From NCBI GenBank assembly GCA_951406725.2, contig OX597826.1, forward strand, positions 28,458,001-28,522,000: a stretch of 64,000 nt of DNA. Reading direction: 5' to 3'. The stretch comes from Octopus vulgaris. Taxonomy: Eukaryota. Both the position numbers and the translations under genes were made by a program. A model generated the notes under the pieces. It saw only the letters and a program-made list of their open reading frames with translations, did not search any database and was not told where the DNA came from. This document shows positions 51,879-64,000 of the stretch, one piece after another. Numbering within the stretch: the first letter of the stretch is position 1; each line of letters begins with the position of its first letter.

Positions 51879-52445
51879 GGAGGGAGAGAGTGCACACACA
51901 CACACAAATAAACGTATAGTGATATATATGTATGTCTGTATTTGTGTACGCACACACATACACGCACACAAAAATGTACGTGCGCCTATATATGAATACA
52001 TATACACGCACGAGCAGTTGTTCCATTAAATTTGTATTTATTGTTTTGCTTTCACGTTTATTACTTTTTTTTTAATTAATTTTATTTATTTATTAATTTA
52101 TTTATCTGTTTCCGAAAGTCGGTGCTGCGAATGTAAGGCGTAACGCGACACAGTCCGTTCCATTATACTCTTGGAGAAAACCAACAGATATATTGCGAAA
52201 TACTGCTTCTTATCTAAGACTGTCCCACTCAGTACCTGGCAACAGGAGTGATTGACAGTTCAATCACGCGCGCGCGCGCAAACACCCCCCTCCCCATATT
52301 CGAATGTGCACATATACACATACTGATGCACACAAGCACCTGCCTCACCCATACACTTGATTGCAAGTAATTATATATAAAAATATGCAAGCATAATTAA
52401 TTACGAAAATAATTGCTATTACACACTCATGTGTGTCTGTGATAA

Positions 52446-52519
<74 letters not shown>

Positions 52520-52576
52520 ATATACATACATATATATATGCGTATATATATATATATACATATATATAGATATGCG

Positions 52577-52618
<42 letters not shown>

Positions 52619-52718
52619 TATATATCTATGTATATATATATATGTATATATATATACATATACGTATCTTTATATATATATACATATGTATACACATACA
52701 TGTATATACGTACGCATA

Positions 52719-52751
<33 letters not shown>

Positions 52752-53362
52752 ACGTGTGTATATATTACAAACATATGTATGCGTAGTGTATGTGTATACC
52801 TATTTACATATATCACACGTGATGAGTGTGTGTGTGTATTTATCAACCACACAATCAAATGCTGTTTCAAAAGTTAAATCGAATTACTTTATTAAAAAAA
52901 AAATAAGGCCAAACAAAGAAATCTCTAATTAAAATGATATTAACCTAATTAAAACGAAAGAGTTGTGGCTGGAGGAAGAAAAGTTAAATGAAAGAGGGGG
53001 TGGGGGATATCAGTAGAGAGATGGTAGCAGCGATGGCGGTGGAGACGGTGGTTGTCTTTTCGGTGGTGGCGGTGCTGTCGTTAGAGTTTTATGCAAATGA
53101 TGCAATACCATCTTTATCACACACACACACATGTATATATACATGTATGTTTGTGTGTGTGTATATAAAGTGTGTTATGGCCGTTTATGGAACACGTATC
53201 CTATAGAAACTCGTAACACACTTTATACTTGTAACATTTTCATATTCCGAAAAATACAACAGTAAGCTACCAATGTAATAATGAAGAATCTTTATTAGAA
53301 ATCGACCTTTGGAACCTTCCAAAGTAAAGGATGAAATAGAACTTAACCTTTTCTCATATATA

Positions 53363-53472
53363 TATAATCAAAATAAGCAACAAGTATATCTTAGGTAATG
53401 TGGTACAATCGTTTCATACTACTCTATTTTATTAAACATTGTAAGTATTACTTGTTGCTTATTTTGATTATA
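53363..53472. repeat. 110-bp element with perfect 24-bp terminal inverted repeats
   Basis: tataatcaaaataagcaacaagta (53363-53386) / tacttgttgcttattttgattata (53449-53472). Confidence 0.85.
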
Positions 53473-53604
53473 ATCACCCCATGGATTTATAAGGATAATA
53501 CCATACAAATTTCTGGTGTCTCTGATTTAAGTACCATATTCATCTGAATCTAAATTTTGATGAACTTATATATATATAATGCATACGTGTGTGTGTGTGT
53601 ATCT

Positions 53605-53932
53605 TAGGGTCCGAGTTTCAGTCGGTTGCAACGACGGGTGTTCCAGTTAATTTAATCAACGGAACAACCTGCTCATGAAATTAGCGTGCAAGTGGCTGAG
53701 CTCTCCACAGACACGTGTACCCTTAACGTAGTTCTCAGCGAGATTCAGCGTGACACAGAGTGTGCCAAGGCCGGCCCTTTGAGTTACAGGTACAACACAT
53801 TATCGACAGCTAAATGGACTGAGACAACGTGAAATAAAATGTCTTGCTCAACGCCACAACGCTTCGCCGGAAATCGAACTCACGGTGATACGATTGTGAG
53901 CCGAATAACCTAACCACTTCGCCACGCGCCTT
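53605..53932 (-). mobile_element. SINE family C, full length, third body variant
   Basis: Minus strand aaggcgcgtggcgaagtggttagg (A box)...gagttcgatttcc (B box)...ttgagcaagacattttatttcacgttg. Confidence 0.8.
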
Positions 53933-53959
53933 CTCGCTTTAATTATTATTATTATTATT

Positions 53960-54080
53960 AAAGCGCTGAGCTGGCAGGATTGTTAGCACGCCGGGTGAAA
54001 TGTTTAGCAGTATTTCGTCTGCCGCTACGTTCTGAGTTCAAATTGTACCAAGGGCGACTTTGTTTTTCATCCTTTCGGGG
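53960..54080 (+). mobile_element. Meta-domain SINE 5' part, head-to-head with the family C copy across (ATT)n
   Basis: gagctggcaggattgttagcacgccggg...tttcatcctttcgggg. Confidence 0.8.
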
Positions 54081-54324
54081 TTATTTACAGGCAAACAGAA
54101 AGATAGATGGATGTATGAGAGAGAGAGAGAGAGAGAGAAACAGGAAGGGAAAAAAGAGCAGACAAAAAGGAAGAAAAGGAAAAGAGAGAGAGGCACATAG
54201 CGGGAGAGACAGATAGATAGACTATCAAGGACAGACAGACAAAGGGGTAGATAGTTAGACAGTCAGATAGACAGAGAGAGGGCTAGGTAGATAGACATAA
54301 ACATAGATGGGAGGGTAGATAGAA

Positions 54325-54389
<65 letters not shown>

Positions 54390-54402
54390 TAGACAGACAG
54401 AC

Positions 54403-54450
<48 letters not shown>
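54325..54450. repeat. (GACA)n(GATA)n microsatellite
   Basis: Seen directly. Confidence 0.95.
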
Positions 54451-54452
<2 letters not shown>

Positions 54453-54798
54453 AGTGGTTGGGGTGTAATCACACCTCACAGGTGGTTGCAAAACAAAAGC
54501 AAAAGAGATATTATTCTAACTCTGAAGACAAAGCGAATGTCCACGAGTTTCGTCGCTGTCTGCTGCCGTTGTCTGCCAGAGTTCCAGTGAAACATTTATT
54601 TAACAAAGCACCGAGAGGTTGGTGCAGTGGAGAGTTAATTAAAATTAATCAAGTGTAAACACAACAGGTTGGACAACGATAAAACATTACTGTGTACTTA
54701 GACTGCGAATATATTATGTATATGTGTGTGTGTATCTATACGTATGTTAGCATATACATGCGTGTGTATATATGCAAATATAGGTCTGTAGATGCGTG

Positions 54799-54921
<123 letters not shown>

Positions 54922-54929
54922 CTTTTTTT

Positions 54930-55325
54930 CTTTTGTTTCAGTCATTTGACTGCAGCCATACTGGAGCACAACTTTTAGTCGAACGAAGCTACCCGAGGAC
55001 TTATTCTTTGTAAGCTTAGTACTTATTCTATCGGTCTCTTTTGCCGAATCGCCCAGTGACGGGGACGTCAACACACCAACATCGGTTGTCGAGCGATGGT
55101 GTGTGTGTGTGTGTGTGCGTGGGGGGTGACAAACATGGACACAAATAAACACACACAGACACACATATATATATATATACGACGGGCTTCTTTCAGTTTC
55201 CGTCTACTAAATCCACTCACAAGGCTTTGGTCAACCCGAGGCTATAGTAGAAGACACTTGCCCAAGGTGCCACGTAATGGGACTGAACCTGGATTCATGT
55301 GGTTGGGAAGCAAGCTTCCTACCAC
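54930..55325 (-). mobile_element. SINE family A
   Basis: Reverse complement of consensus. Confidence 0.9.
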
Positions 55326-55602
55326 ACACACACACATGCATGTTTACATAAAGCTATTTACTACTACTACTACTAATAATAATAATAATAATAAAACATT
55401 AACTTAAAGTACAGAATGATTAATATGTAGGAAGAAGCTGAGAGTGACTTCGAAGTGTCGCATCAGTCATTTTGTGTGTTCCTAGCTCTCACTTTGTGTA
55501 TGTATATTTACGTACACACACACACACACATACTCATAGACTTGCATATACTGCCAAACATGTGTATCTACCTATAAACACACATACACTACACACACAC
55601 AC

Positions 55603-55692
<90 letters not shown>

Positions 55693-55810
55693 TAAGTAGT
55701 AGTAGTCGTAGTAGTCTCCTTATCAAAGCGGTCAGGACGAAGTTAATTTCGTTCTGTGAAGCAATTTTGGTTTGGAGGTGTCGAGTGTGTGGGAGCGTGT
55801 GTGGGCGAAT

Positions 55811-55842
<32 letters not shown>

Positions 55843-56295
55843 TTTTTATGTAAAAGTATGTGTGAATGAGTGTGTAAGCGTGTCCTGAATGCGTGTGTCT
55901 ATTTAAGAGAGCGAGAGAGAGAGAGAGAGAGAGACTGTGTGTGTATGCGTCTGTATGTGTGTGTGTTTGTGTGTGTGTGTAAGAGGGGTTATATATTGAA
56001 TAAATTGGGTATATCGATAAAAATATCCTTTCAATATATGATGGTGATGATGAATTAAGGATGGTGGGTGGGGTGTGTCGGATTAGTGGCGTGGATGAGC
56101 CGCGCGCGCGTGTTGTGTGGGGGTTAGGAGTGTAAGGTAGTGTTAGATAATTGGGTCTGTTAATTACTGTATTGCTGTGATAACAGGATTTCATTAGGAT
56201 GAGTTGGAATGGAGATCCAGCAGGGGGAGAGGGAGAGGAGGAAAGTGTGGGTAAGGGTGAGAGGAACGGAGGGAGACGGGGAAACTTTAAAATAT

Positions 56296-56356
<61 letters not shown>

Positions 56357-56529
56357 TATATATGCACATATACATAACATACACACTTATAGACATATAC
56401 ACACGTGCATACACACACATAAAGAGAAGGGATGGAGGATGATGGAAAAAATCTGAGAGAATGAAAGGGACATCAAAATGTCCGACAAAAAGAAAAAAGA
56501 GAGGAAGTTAAGGTGAAGAGCATAAGAGA

Positions 56530-56574
<45 letters not shown>

Positions 56575-59009
56575 TGTGGTCAATTGTGAATGCTTATGTG
56601 AATACTGCAGTGTGTGTGTGTGACTTGGTACAGTGGTTGGCAACGGTCAACCAAACGATACAAAACGGTGAAGAGAGGAGTTTTTAGGGTAACGGTCAAT
56701 TGGTTAAAAAAAAGTTTTCAGAATGTAATACACACACACACACACACACACATGCATGCATATATGGGTACAAATAACATGAAATACGTAAACAACGAGA
56801 AAAAATGGAAAACAGGACGAGTAAACACAGAAAGGACCCTTCATCCGTTGTCGGCTGTCTATCTACTCCTCATTTCAAAATCACATCTAAATCCCATCAA
56901 CCCACAACAAAGTACTGATCCCAAACACTCTACAAGACTTTTGAAATAATGTCATCCAAAATTACGGAAAACTTATTAAAATTACCGGGCATACGCTGTT
57001 GGTTTGATAACGTCCGCTTCCGCCATTGTAATAAATCCGCTTGTTGTATTTCGTTATTATTACTATTGCTAAAAACACACAAAAGAAAAAAAGGGTTGAC
57101 TAGCCCCTCTCCTACAAATTTCAGGCCTTTATAGTAGAAAGAATTATAAGTACCCTTGTTGTAGTGGTGGGCGCTACTGTTCTATTTGCTAAGATTGCTC
57201 ACTGTGCACATTTAAGAACTAACAAACGTGTCTTTATTACGCCATCTCATTTCTTTTTATACAACCAATACCATCAAAACGGTAACTTCCAAACCAATCA
57301 TTTGGAATTTCTTCGCAATCAAGGAATATTTCTCAAGGTCGCTGATTAGATGTCCTCGAGGTCTTTTTTTTTTTTTTATCAGAAGAGTAGCTTCCGATGT
57401 CCGAGACTACTTTTGGCCACAAAATTGGCACCGAAGTTGCCCAGCTTCCAGGTTGGTCAAAATCTCACTCAACAACAAATCCTATCGTCTTCGAAAGCAA
57501 ACGACGCTCGAGATCAGTAGAAGAATCAATACTGACATCCAACCTGAAGAGGATCCGTGTGGCTATCCAAGGGGGTCGATAGACAACTCAAACGATTTTG
57601 AGTATTAAGGGTGCCGGCTTGGTTGTGTGTGTATGCGGGAGGGAGCTTGCTTCGCAACCGCATGGCTTCGGGTTCAGTCTCATTGTGTGGCACCTTGAGC
57701 AAGTATCTCCTACTATAACCGCGGCTGACCAAAGCCTCTTCAAGGCGGTGCCCCAGCATCGTCGCCGTCGAACGATTGAAACAAGTAGAGAATAATTAAA
57801 AACCGGTATCAATACAAAAGAACGAAGGTTTGATTAATTAAGCCTTTTTAAGAATTCTGTTTCAGAAATTTAGTTGATTAGGTTCGATAAGTTATCAACG
57901 ATTCCATGAAGAGGGTCAACGATAAAAGAAACTTGCGACTCCTACTCCAGATAACGTAATCCATCCGTTTTCAAGTCTGACAAAAGTACTGCTTACCCCG
58001 CATCGGCTCCACCCGGAATTTTAGTGAAATCACTCCTTCTTCAGTTTTTACTATTGACGGGGGAACAATCGAGTTCGCACCCATTATTATTATTATTATC
58101 ATTACATATTATGTATTATCTCCCTCAACCTTCGCCCTGGTGGAAATAATAATAATAATAATTATTATTATTATTATTAGTATATCTTCGTCATGACTGT
58201 TGCAACAACTTTAAAATGTTCAGTTATCGTTTTTTAAATAATATTGCAATGTATGTCCTCTTATTTGTGTGTGTGTTTGTTATGCATGGATGTACACACA
58301 CACAGACATACATTATATATATATATATATAGATATAGATAAACATACACACTCTGTATGTATGTATGTATGTATATATGTGTTGTATGTATATATGTGT
58401 ATATATATATATATATATGTATGTATATATATATGGGTCAAAACAAACTGTTTTGACCCATACATGTAACTCCCAATAAATGTGAGTGCCTTTCTTTCGT
58501 TTGTCTACTCACACGTGTGTGTGTGTATAATGAAATGTAAGTACACTAAGCTGAAATATATATGTAAATTAATTACACCGTGATTCGAACTCAAGAACTG
58601 TAAACTGGCAGCAGGATATCATTAATCAACATTTCAATAATGCATTTGTGTGTGTGTGTGTGTGTGTGTGTGAAAAAGAGACGGTCAAAGAGAGAGAGAG
58701 AGACAGATAGAAAGAGTAACGGGAAGTGAAGTAGAAGAGAAGGAGGGGGCAGAGAAAGAAAAGGAAAAGAAGCGAGGAGGGAGGGAGAGAGAAGGAATGG
58801 GGAGAGAGAAGGAATGGGGGAAGGGAAGAAAAGAGGGGGAGGAATAGAGGGTGGTGAGAGGAGAGCGATTATAATTTATATATACTCACAACATTCTTCC
58901 TCTGGTAATTATGATTCTTATTAATTTTAAATTAATTAGATATATCACACAAACACACACATCTCTCTCTCATATATATATATATGTATGTATGTATGTA
59001 TGTATTATG

Positions 59010-59058
59010 TATGTGTGTGCGTTTTCTGTCTTCTGTTACATCATATATGCACACATAG

Positions 59059-59105
<47 letters not shown>

Positions 59106-59155
59106 GCTATGTGTGCATATATGATGTAACAGAAGACAGAAAACGCACACACATA
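59010..59155. repeat. Near-perfect 146-bp palindrome centred on (TA)n
   Basis: tatgtgtgtgcgttttctgtcttctgttacatcatatatgcacacatagct(gt)7-(at)n-(ac)5agctatgtgtgcatatatgatgtaacagaagacagaaaacgcacacacata. Confidence 0.95.
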
Positions 59156-59625
59156 TATGTGTGTGTGTGTCTATAAATATGGGAGTATATACATGTATAT
59201 ATATATATATATATACACACATGCGCAGGAGTATGTGCACGTATGCGCGCAGCCTATTTATGAAAATCCTCGACCAATTAAGGCAAGTGCAAGATATGTG
59301 CTGACATCCAGATCAATTCTGAGTAATTATATCAATAGCGACCTAAACTTAAAAGACGGCAAGGGGAGGAGAGGGAGGAAGAGCGAAAGGGAATGTGGAT
59401 ACGGTGAGGTGGTGGGAGGAAGGAGTAACGGGGGAAAAGTGACGGGAAAAGAATAGGTTTCTTACGTCATCGTGCGTATGTATTCGGCCGCGCGGTTGAG
59501 ACGTTTGCTTGGAGACGACAGGGTCTTGGATTCAGTCCCACTGTGCGGCACTTGGAGCGAGCGTCTTCCACTGTGGCCCCGGAAGGAAGCCTTGAGAGTG
59601 GATTAAGTGAAAACTAAATGAAGCT

Positions 59626-59657
<32 letters not shown>

Positions 59658-60186
59658 TTCCCTTTACAAATACTGATAGGACACAGAAAATGTGTCAATA
59701 GCCAGCTGGAGGAGGTGTCCTCCTGGGGCTACAAACTACAGTAGCATCCACTCTTAGGGGTTAGCCACATTTAAGTGGCACACACATGTATACGTGTGTG
59801 TGTAGGTATGTATGTGTGTATCTTTGTGTTTGTCCACCTCACCAACGTTTAACAACCATTATTGGCTCGTTTTCGTCCTCGCAACTTGGCGGTTCGGCTA
59901 AACAGACACATACCATAAGTACCAAACTTTAAAATAAGTACTCGGGTCGATATATCCTACTAAACCTTTCAAAGCGGTGCCCCAGTATAGTTACAGTAAA
60001 GTGACTGTAACACATTAAACTCCACCACCACCACTACAGACACACGGTATCATTGCTGCTTTAGGAGGAGGTGGATGTTATTACGAGACGATAGCGAGTG
60101 ACGTCCATAGCAGACAGCTGAAGAGGGGTATACTCGGCAGTGCAAGTTATACACACACACAGTATGTATGTATGTATGTATGTATG

Positions 60187-60283
<97 letters not shown>

Positions 60284-60669
60284 TGGCACAAACGTTGTAG
60301 CGTCCGTCAAAATAGCTTGTATTTTGTTACAGCTGTTTACGGCCTGAGCTGAAATGCCATCGAGGTCAACTCTACCGATCGTCTTTTCGGGATCTATAAA
60401 TAAATTTCCTCTCAAGAGCTGGGCTCGAATTAATTTACTAATCCTCATAAAATTCTGGTCCCATCTCGAAATAGGAAACGACTAACATCATCACCATCAT
60501 CATTAGTACCACCACCATTTTCATCATTCTCAGCAATACCACGGCATAATCATTTTAACCTGAATCGTATTCACATCGCGTATAGAAATTATAGAAAACA
60601 TTAACGAACTTGACTTATGATATACACGCAGATGACGGAAATAAGACGTATATTGCAAGGGAGATTATT

Positions 60670-60890
60670 AGGCGGCGAAATGGTAGAATTGTTAGGCCGC
60701 GGAGCAAAGTGGATAAGCGGCATTTCGTCCGTCTTAACGTTCTGCGATCAAATGCCGCCGCGGTCGACTTTGCGTTGCCATCCTATTGGAGTGTCGAGAA
60801 AATAGTAACCAGTTGAGGAGTGAGGTCGGTGCAATTGATCTGCCCACTCCGCAGAACTTGCTGGCCTCGTACAAAAAAATTTGAAACCAA
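60670..60890 (+). mobile_element. Meta-domain SINE, diverged
   Basis: aggcggcgaaatggtagaattgttag...ggtcgactttgc...gtaaccagttg. Confidence 0.65.
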
Positions 60891-60899
60891 TATTACAAG

Positions 60900-61320
60900 G
60901 AACACATATGTACATCGAAATCGTAATCGTGGTCTGTGGAGCCTGACTGACACCCGTGCTGGTGGAACGTAAATACCACCATTCGAGTGTCGGTCGACGC
61001 CATTGCCCCCTGACTGCCAGTGGCATGTAAAAAGCACCATCGGAACGTGGTCGATGCCAGTGCCCACTGACTGGCTCCCCGTGCCGGTGGAATGTAAAAG
61101 GAACCATCGGCACGTGGTCGATGCCAGTGCTGCCTAACTGGCTCCTGTGCCAGTGACACGTAAAAAGCAGACACTACACACTCGGAATGGTTGGCGTTAC
61201 GAAGGGCATACAGCTGTAGAAACCTTGCCAGATCAGACTGGAGCCTGGTGCAGCCTTCTGATTTGCCAGTCCTCGGTCAAACCCATGCCAGCATGTAAAG
61301 TGGACATTAAACGATGACAT
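60900..61320 (+). mobile_element. V-domain SINE with internal tandem repeats of about 60-70 bp
   Basis: Four gtgg(a/c)a(c/t)gtaaa...accat units, then gttggcgttacgaagggcatacagctgtagaaacc and tail ggacattaaacgatga. Confidence 0.75.
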
Positions 61321-61422
61321 ATATATATATATATATATATATAGCATGCAAGCCATGAACGCCAGATCATTCTGCACCTCGCCCCCAGAAATGCACACAT
61401 ATTTTACACACGACAACCACCA

Positions 61423-61457
<35 letters not shown>

Positions 61458-61746
61458 AAGAAGGTTTGTACTCAGTCATTCGACTCGTTAGAAAAAGCAA
61501 ACAAATCTCCCTCAAGCACGCGCGCGCATGCACTCACACACATACGCACTCTCGCACGCCATCGTCATGCAGGAGAACACTGAAGATGATTTGGTGTTGG
61601 CCAAACAAGAAAAGGTGTGATGGGCACGGCTGAGTTGCTTTTGACGATAGGGCTCTTCGATCAGCGCAGTCTTGCAACTAAACGACATTGTGTCTGTGTG
61701 TGTTTGCGTGCGTATCTCAACACACACACACACACACATACACACA

Positions 61747-61778
<32 letters not shown>

Positions 61779-62044
61779 AACATTATACACGCGCCCGCGT
61801 TAAACAGCTGGGAGTTAAAATACACACACCAACACGTACAAATGGGCAAATACACACACACACACAGACAGACAAACAGAAACATACATACATACATGGA
61901 TATATACACACACACATACATACATACATACATACATACATACATACATACATACATACATACATACATAAAGGGAGATATTAGATAAACATAGATATAG
62001 ACAAACAGACAGACAGCTAGGTAGATCGTTGGATGGATATACAA

Positions 62045-62343
<299 letters not shown>

Positions 62344-62661
62344 GCACAGAGATGCATGACCAAAACACAAACATTAAACAATGAATAGGGCAATAAGCAG
62401 CAGAAAGAGAGAGGCTGAAATAGGGTACATGAGTGCATATAAGGGATAGATGACAACGGAATAAGCTGGGAGAGGCTGGGGGAACACGTGTACATACATG
62501 TACATACGTGTGTGTGTGTGTGTGTGTTCATTTTTATAACGATGCATTTATATAAATGTATTCGATTATTCTAGTAAACATGTGCGTGTTTGTATCTTCA
62601 TATACGTGTGTATGTACATTTTATGCGTATATGTTATGTGTTTATATGACTGCATAGACCA

Positions 62662-62695
<34 letters not shown>

Positions 62696-64000
62696 GCAGC
62701 TATATGGATATATCTTCATGTATTTATATACAACACATACATGCTATGAACATACACGTAAATGCATACACACGAGCGTGTACATGTATATGTATGTATG
62801 TGTGTGTGTGTTTGTTTCTGTTAGACTTTTAGTAATAATGTGTGCGTTTGCTAATGTATAAACGAGTGTATGAACGTGTGTAAATGTATGTATATATAAA
62901 CACGTGTAACATGTATGTAGGAGTGTATAAACGTGTGTATATGTGCACGTAATACGCCCTTGTTAAGCGAGGTGTCCAGCAGAGCATTGTGAATGAAAAC
63001 AAGACAGACATGCACACACAGAACAGAACATACACACATACATTCGTAGATGTATGTACGTACATTGACACACACACACACACGTATGTATGCACGCATA
63101 CACACATACAAAGGTACGTACACATACACGCATCCACAAACATAACATATTCACAAACACAGATATACACCTATGCACACACACAAACATGCATAGATAC
63201 ATATATATACACCGTCATCTTCACTGATGAACACAATGCTAAGAAACGACGAGCACGTAAAATGGTGTGTGCGTATGTATGTATGTGTCTATGTGTGAGT
63301 GTTGACAACGTAAATGTGTGTGTGTATGTGTGTGTGTTAGAGGGCTGGAGTGAGGAAGTGAGAGAAGGGAGCGCCAGAAAATATGTAAATAAAAACAAGA
63401 CGGGAGATTCGGAGGAGGTGGCAGAGTGAGGAAGGGGAGGAGCCGAGTCGAGAGAGGAAACAAATACATCACGGAGATAATAGAGATGACAACGACGACG
63501 ACGAAGTGAGGTGATGATGTCGGTGACGGGGGCGTTAGAGAAGGGTTGGGTGGCGACGGCGAGATAATGATGGTGGTGGTGGTGGTGGTGATGATGATTG
63601 GCGGTGGCGTAGATGAAGGAAAAGCGACAGCAGAGAAAAAGAACGGAAAGAAAACGAAGTCGCAATGTCACACACACACACACCGTTAGCAGTTGCACCA
63701 CCACCGCCACCTCATATTTAAGTGTGAGAGAAAGGGCACAGCATGAATGGTAGACGGAGTGATGCGACTGTGTGATGTTCATCCCATTTCCTTTATTGCG
63801 CTTAATGTCTCGTTTCATTCTATGTTCTTAATATTTCTACTTTCACTTTTAACTGTTGCTAATCTCTTTACTTTCACTTTCTGTTGTTTGTTGCTAATGT
63901 TGCAACAAAAATATAAAACAATAACATTAATAATGATAATCCTTTCTACTATAAATCCAAAGCCTGAAATTTGGGGAAGGAAGATAGTCGAGGTACTATT

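Noticed and set aside
57228-57608. 126-aa non-repetitive ORF
   Set aside because: No recognisable domain or start context; at most a faint LINE-like remnant.
63233-63262. CTGATGA...GAAAC hammerhead-like text
   Set aside because: No stem II or stem I pairing.

Overview
Eukaryotic, AT-rich and essentially non-coding 64-kb window. The dense microsatellites and the tRNA-derived CORE-, Meta- and V-domain SINE families point to an octopus (coleoid cephalopod) genome; this is inferred from repeat content, not from a database search. No intact protein-coding gene is supportable: the listed ORFs are translations of microsatellites or SINEs. Repeats include dozens of SINE copies (some nested, with clean target-site duplications), non-autonomous Helitrons including a head-to-tail dimer, hAT, Tc1-mariner and pogo-type MITEs, one decayed Tc1/mariner transposase, and LINE scraps. 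The most notable signals are: (1) several Penelope-type minimal hammerhead ribozyme motifs, one inside a TSD-flanked fold-back element with a tRNA-like Pol III head (27.7-28.1 kb); (2) a sharp switch from CpG-depleted to CpG-retaining DNA at about 17.2-18.3 kb; (3) a near-perfect 146-bp palindrome at 59.0 kb; (4) short unique islands with developmental transcription-factor motifs in the CpG-retaining part. Coordinates were read by eye and may be off by a few bases.
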